DNA from: Deinococcus radiodurans R1 = ATCC 13939 = DSM 20539 | GTDB lineage: Bacteria; Deinococcota; Deinococci; Deinococcales; Deinococcaceae | NCBI RefSeq assembly: GCF_000008565.1 | Contig: NC_001263.1 | Coordinates: 1,700,603-1,732,602 of the forward strand | Length of the DNA: 32,000 nucleotides | Direction of reading: 5' to 3' | Shown: piece after piece, positions 28,959 through 32,000 of the stretch | Layout: every line of letters begins with the position of its first letter | Numbering within the stretch: position 1 is the first letter of the stretch | Made by a program: the position numbers and the translations under genes | The notes under the pieces: generated by a model | Told to the model about the DNA's origin: nothing | Seen by the model: only the letters and a program-made list of their open reading frames with translations | The model's database searches: none

Positions 28959-31724
28959 TCACTTCGTGTCAAACCAGTTCGGCCCCGTCCCCACTTCCAC
29001 CGCCAGCGGCACCTTGAGCTGCACCACGTTTTCCATGACTTTTTTGGTCAGCGCGGCGACCTGCTCGGCCTTGTCGAGCGGCGCCTCGATGAGCAGTTCG
29101 TCGTGCACTTGCAGCAGCATCCGGGCACCGATGGCGTCGAGCTGCGGGTCGAGCTGCACCATCGCCAGCTTCATGATGTCGGCAGCGGTGCCCTGAATCG
29201 GCATGTTGTAGGCGAGCCGCTCCTCGGCCTCGCGCTGCACGCGGTTGCGGCTGCTCAGGCCCGGCACGTAGCGGCGGCGGCCATAGAGCGTTTCCACATA
29301 GCCGTGCGTGCGCCCGAAGTCCAGCGTGTGATTGATGTAGCGCCGGATGCCGGGGTAGGTGGCGAAATAAATCTCGATGAAGGTCGCGGCCTCGGCGTAG
29401 GGAATACCGAGGTCGTTGCTGAGGCGGTGAGCACTCATGCCGTACAGCACGCCGAAGTTGACCGTTTTGGCGGCGCGGCGCTGATTGGCGTCCACGGTGG
29501 CCTCGTCGAGCCCGAGCACCTGCGCGGCGGTGCGGCGGTGAATGTCGGCACCCTCCACGAACGCCTGCTGCATCAGCGGGTCGTCGGCGATGTGGGCGAG
29601 GAGCCGCAGCTCGATTTGCGAGTAGTCGGCGGCAATCAGGGTAAAGCCGTCCTCGGCAATAAAGCCCTTGCGAATCTCGCGCCCGAGTTCCGAGCGGATG
29701 GGGATGTTTTGCAGGTTGGGGTTGAGGCTGCTCAGACGCCCGGTCGCCACCGCCGTCTGCGCGAAGGTGGTGTGCAGGCGGCCCGTGTGCGGGTTGACGA
29801 GGTTGGGGATGGGGTCGAGGTAGGTGCCGCGCAGCTTGTCGAGTTCGCGGAACTCCAGCACCAGCGGGATAATGGGATGCGCGTCGCGCAGCGGTTCGAG
29901 GGCAGAGACGGCGGTGGAGCGCTGCCCGGTCAGCTTGGTCTTCTTGCTGCTCGCGAGTTCGAGCTTGTCGTAAAGCACCGTTTCGAGCTGCTTGGGGCTG
30001 CGGATGTGAAACTCCTCGCCCGCGTACTCGTGAATCTGGGATTCGAGGTCGGCAAGGCGCACCCCGGCCTGAATGGAGAGCGTCTGCAAAAAGTCACTGT
30101 CCACCTGCACCCCGCGCACTTCCATGCGCCCCAGCACGCCCGAGAGCGGCTTTTCCATCTCGTCGTACATCTTGCGCCGGGCGTCGTCGAGCAGCGGCGG
30201 CAGCTCGCGCAGCAGGTGCCCGGTGATGGCGGCGCGGGTCGGGGCGTCGGCGGGCCACTCGCGGTCCAGATACCGCTTGGCCACCACCGGCATGTTGGTG
30301 TTGGCGGGGTCGAGCAGGTAGGCGTAAAGCAGCGGGTCGTCGCCCGGCTCCACCACGGTGCCGCGCACGCTGAGGTGCGCCGCGAGCGCCTTGGCCGCCG
30401 CCGCCGTCACCGTGCGCTGCCCGACGAACTCGGCCTCGTCCACCGTCGCCGGGAACTGTTCGCGCAGCTTGGCCCGCGCTTTTTCGGCGTCTTTCTGAGC
30501 TTTTTCCAGCGCCTTCTGCTCTTTTTTGGTCAATGGTTTGTCGCTCGGCAGCAGCTCGCCGAACAGGTTCTCCGGGGCCTCCGCCTGCGCCCACTCGTCG
30601 GGCTCGGAGACGGGCGCGGGGCGGGCCACACCATCCTCAAAGGTCGCGGCGGCGAGCAGCGCGGCGGTCAGGTCGTCCTCGCGTGACAGGACGTAGCCCC
30701 AGACGGCGCCCTCGGCGGGGGTCTGCCACTCGGCCAGCTCGGGGGCGCTGAAGGCGGGCAGCGCGGCGGCCTCGTCCTCCTCGGGGGTCTGCGCGTGTTC
30801 GCGTTCGAGCAGGTCGTCGGGGGCGTGTCCATCCTGTTCTGGCCCGTTCAGCCCCAGAATCATCGGGCGCAGCGAGTGAAGCTCAAGTTCGGTGAGCAGG
30901 TCCTCGGTCACCAGCGGGTTGTCGGGCAGGCGGCGCACGCCGAATTCGATGTCGAGCGGCAGGTCGGTCACCATGCACGAGAGGTCGTGGCTGAACTTCA
31001 CGTTCTCCTCGGAGTCGAGCAGCTTCTTGCGGGTGCCGTCGGGCTTGAGGGTGCCCGCGTGCGCCGCCTCGTACACCTTCTCCAGCGTGCCGTATTCCTG
31101 CAAGAGCTTGGCCGCCGTCTTGGGGCCGATGCCCTTGGCGCCGGGGATGTTGTCGGAGGCGTCGCCGGTGAGGGCGCGGTAGTCCACCCACTGCCGCACG
31201 GTGACGCCGTATTTTTCCTCGACCTGCGCCGGGCCAATGAGCGAAAAGTCGTTGGCGATGACCTTCACGTGCTCGTCGAGCAACTGATACGCATCGCGGT
31301 CGCTCGTCACGATGCGGACTTCGTAGCCCTTGCCCTCGGCCATGCGGGTCAGCGAGGCGATCACGTCGTCGGCCTCGTAGCCGGGTTCTTCGAGCCGGGG
31401 AAAGCCGAGCGCGTCCACCAGCGCGCGGATGCGGTTGATCTGGCCGGGCAGGTCTTCGGGCGTCTGGGCGCGGCCCGACTTGTAGCCCTCGTACTGTTCG
31501 TGCCGGAAGGTCTTGACCGGCGGGTCGAAGACCACGATGACCTGATTGGATTTTTGCCGCGCCAGCCGCAGGAGCAGCTTCATGAAGCCGACAATCGCGT
31601 GGGTCATCTCGCCCTTGGAGTTGTTGAGCGGCGGCAGGGCGAAATACGAACGGAACGCCAGCGCGTGACCGTCAATCAGCACCAGCGTGTCTGGCTTGGA
31701 GGGATCTGGGGAAGCGTCGGCCAT
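28959..31724 (-). CDS. polA: DNA polymerase I
   Basis: 921 aa from ATG 31724 (the track extends to 31829). 5' nuclease LVLIDGHALAFRSYFAL, and polymerase motifs DYSQIELR, RRAAKTVNFGVLYG and QVHDELL. Confidence 0.95.
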   Translation of the reverse strand: MADASPDPSKPDTLVLIDGHALAFRSYFALPPLNNSKGEMTHAIVGFMKLLLRLARQKSNQVIVVFDPPVKTFRHEQYEGYKSGRAQTPEDLPGQINRIRALVDALGFPRLEEPGYEADDVIASLTRMAEGKGYEVRIVTSDRDAYQLLDEHVKVIANDFSLIGPAQVEEKYGVTVRQWVDYRALTGDASDNIPGAKGIGPKTAAKLLQEYGTLEKVYEAAHAGTLKPDGTRKKLLDSEENVKFSHDLSCMVTDLPLDIEFGVRRLPDNPLVTEDLLTELELHSLRPMILGLNGPEQDGHAPDDLLEREHAQTPEEDEAAALPAFSAPELAEWQTPAEGAVWGYVLSREDDLTAALLAAATFEDGVARPAPVSEPDEWAQAEAPENLFGELLPSDKPLTKKEQKALEKAQKDAEKARAKLREQFPATVDEAEFVGQRTVTAAAAKALAAHLSVRGTVVEPGDDPLLYAYLLDPANTNMPVVAKRYLDREWPADAPTRAAITGHLLRELPPLLDDARRKMYDEMEKPLSGVLGRMEVRGVQVDSDFLQTLSIQAGVRLADLESQIHEYAGEEFHIRSPKQLETVLYDKLELASSKKTKLTGQRSTAVSALEPLRDAHPIIPLVLEFRELDKLRGTYLDPIPNLVNPHTGRLHTTFAQTAVATGRLSSLNPNLQNIPIRSELGREIRKGFIAEDGFTLIAADYSQIELRLLAHIADDPLMQQAFVEGADIHRRTAAQVLGLDEATVDANQRRAAKTVNFGVLYGMSAHRLSNDLGIPYAEAATFIEIYFATYPGIRRYINHTLDFGRTHGYVETLYGRRRYVPGLSSRNRVQREAEERLAYNMPIQGTAADIMKLAMVQLDPQLDAIGARMLLQVHDELLIEAPLDKAEQVAALTKKVMENVVQLKVPLAVEVGTGPNWFDTK

Positions 31725-31731
31725 AGGGAGG

Positions 31732-31737
31732 ATTCTA
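31732..31737 (-). promoter_or_regulatory. -10 box TAGAAT (leaderless-type)
   Basis: 7 nt upstream of ATG 31724. Confidence 0.45.
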
Positions 31738-31829
31738 CTCTGGACGTAATTGCCGGAACGGCCTCGCAAGCAGCAAAGGGCGAAGTCAATGGACTCACAA
31801 GACAGACCACCGTCACCACAAAAAACCAT

Positions 31830-31855
31830 AAAAAAGGAGCCCCCGCAGAGGCTCC
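31830..31855 (-). terminator. Rho-independent terminator of the upstream partial gene
   Basis: GGAGCC (31836-41) pairs with GGCTCC (31850-55). The plus-strand A-run 31830-35 gives a U-tract on the minus-strand RNA. Confidence 0.7.
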
Positions 31856-31872
31856 CGCAAAAGGTCCGAACT

Positions 31873-32000
31873 TTACTTCACGCGCACGCGCAGGTTGCAG
31901 TTCACCGTCTGGCTGGCGGCGAGGCTCGGCAGTTCCCAGCGCACGTTGGTGTACTCGCTGGGGCTGGCGGGCACGGTGCGCTGCGTCGCCTTGCCGTTTT
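31873..32000 (-). CDS. 3' end of a hypothetical protein gene (partial)
   Basis: The minus frame reads ...NGKATQRTVPASPSEYTNVRWELPSLAASQTVNCNLRVRVK then TAA (31875-31873). GC3-rich, with a terminator downstream. Not in the ORF track because it is truncated. Confidence 0.4.
   Translation of the reverse strand, partial: NGKATQRTVPASPSEYTNVRWELPSLAASQTVNCNLRVRVK

Overview
This is a 32-kb, very GC-rich (about two-thirds G+C by eye), gene-dense chromosomal segment. From memory, the content fits a Deinococcus (D. radiodurans-like) chromosome; no search was possible. That attribution rests on the gene products (PolA, MutL, ArgJ, DusA, MiaA, GlgC, GluQRS, a long-form TrmB, a small-form GidA-like flavoprotein, Hsp20, FadD), on G/C-rich small non-coding repeats in the larger intergenic gaps, and on TANNNT boxes 5-10 nt upstream of most start codons.

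I call 36 CDS, 2 of them partial. Many starts are trimmed from the ORF track using -10 boxes, SD sites or ATGA/TGATG coupling. I also call 7 intrinsic terminators, about 20 leaderless-type -10 boxes and several repeat elements. I see no rRNA or tRNA genes, CRISPR arrays, transposases, integrases, or recognisable defence or toxin genes. The long antisense ORFs in the track are GC artefacts.

Nothing here is an unambiguous new system. The best candidates for a second look are:
- An orphan type-Ib-like ParA ATPase coupled to a 79-aa Lys-tailed, RHH-like partner, sitting among housekeeping genes (7352-8202).
- A 230-300 bp structured repeat present in two inverted copies, whose hairpins covary and tolerate G-U pairs in only one orientation (17771-18070 and 24970-25197).
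- A small-form GidA-like flavoprotein translationally coupled to a TrmB that carries a ~125-aa C-terminal extension (3532-5276).
- An RluA-family pseudouridine synthase whose catalytic Asp is replaced by Gly (HRLGRGTSG).
- A Lys/Arg-rich disordered protein with a compact C-terminal domain (15322-16041).

All functional calls come from motif recognition by eye. Start codons are inferences.
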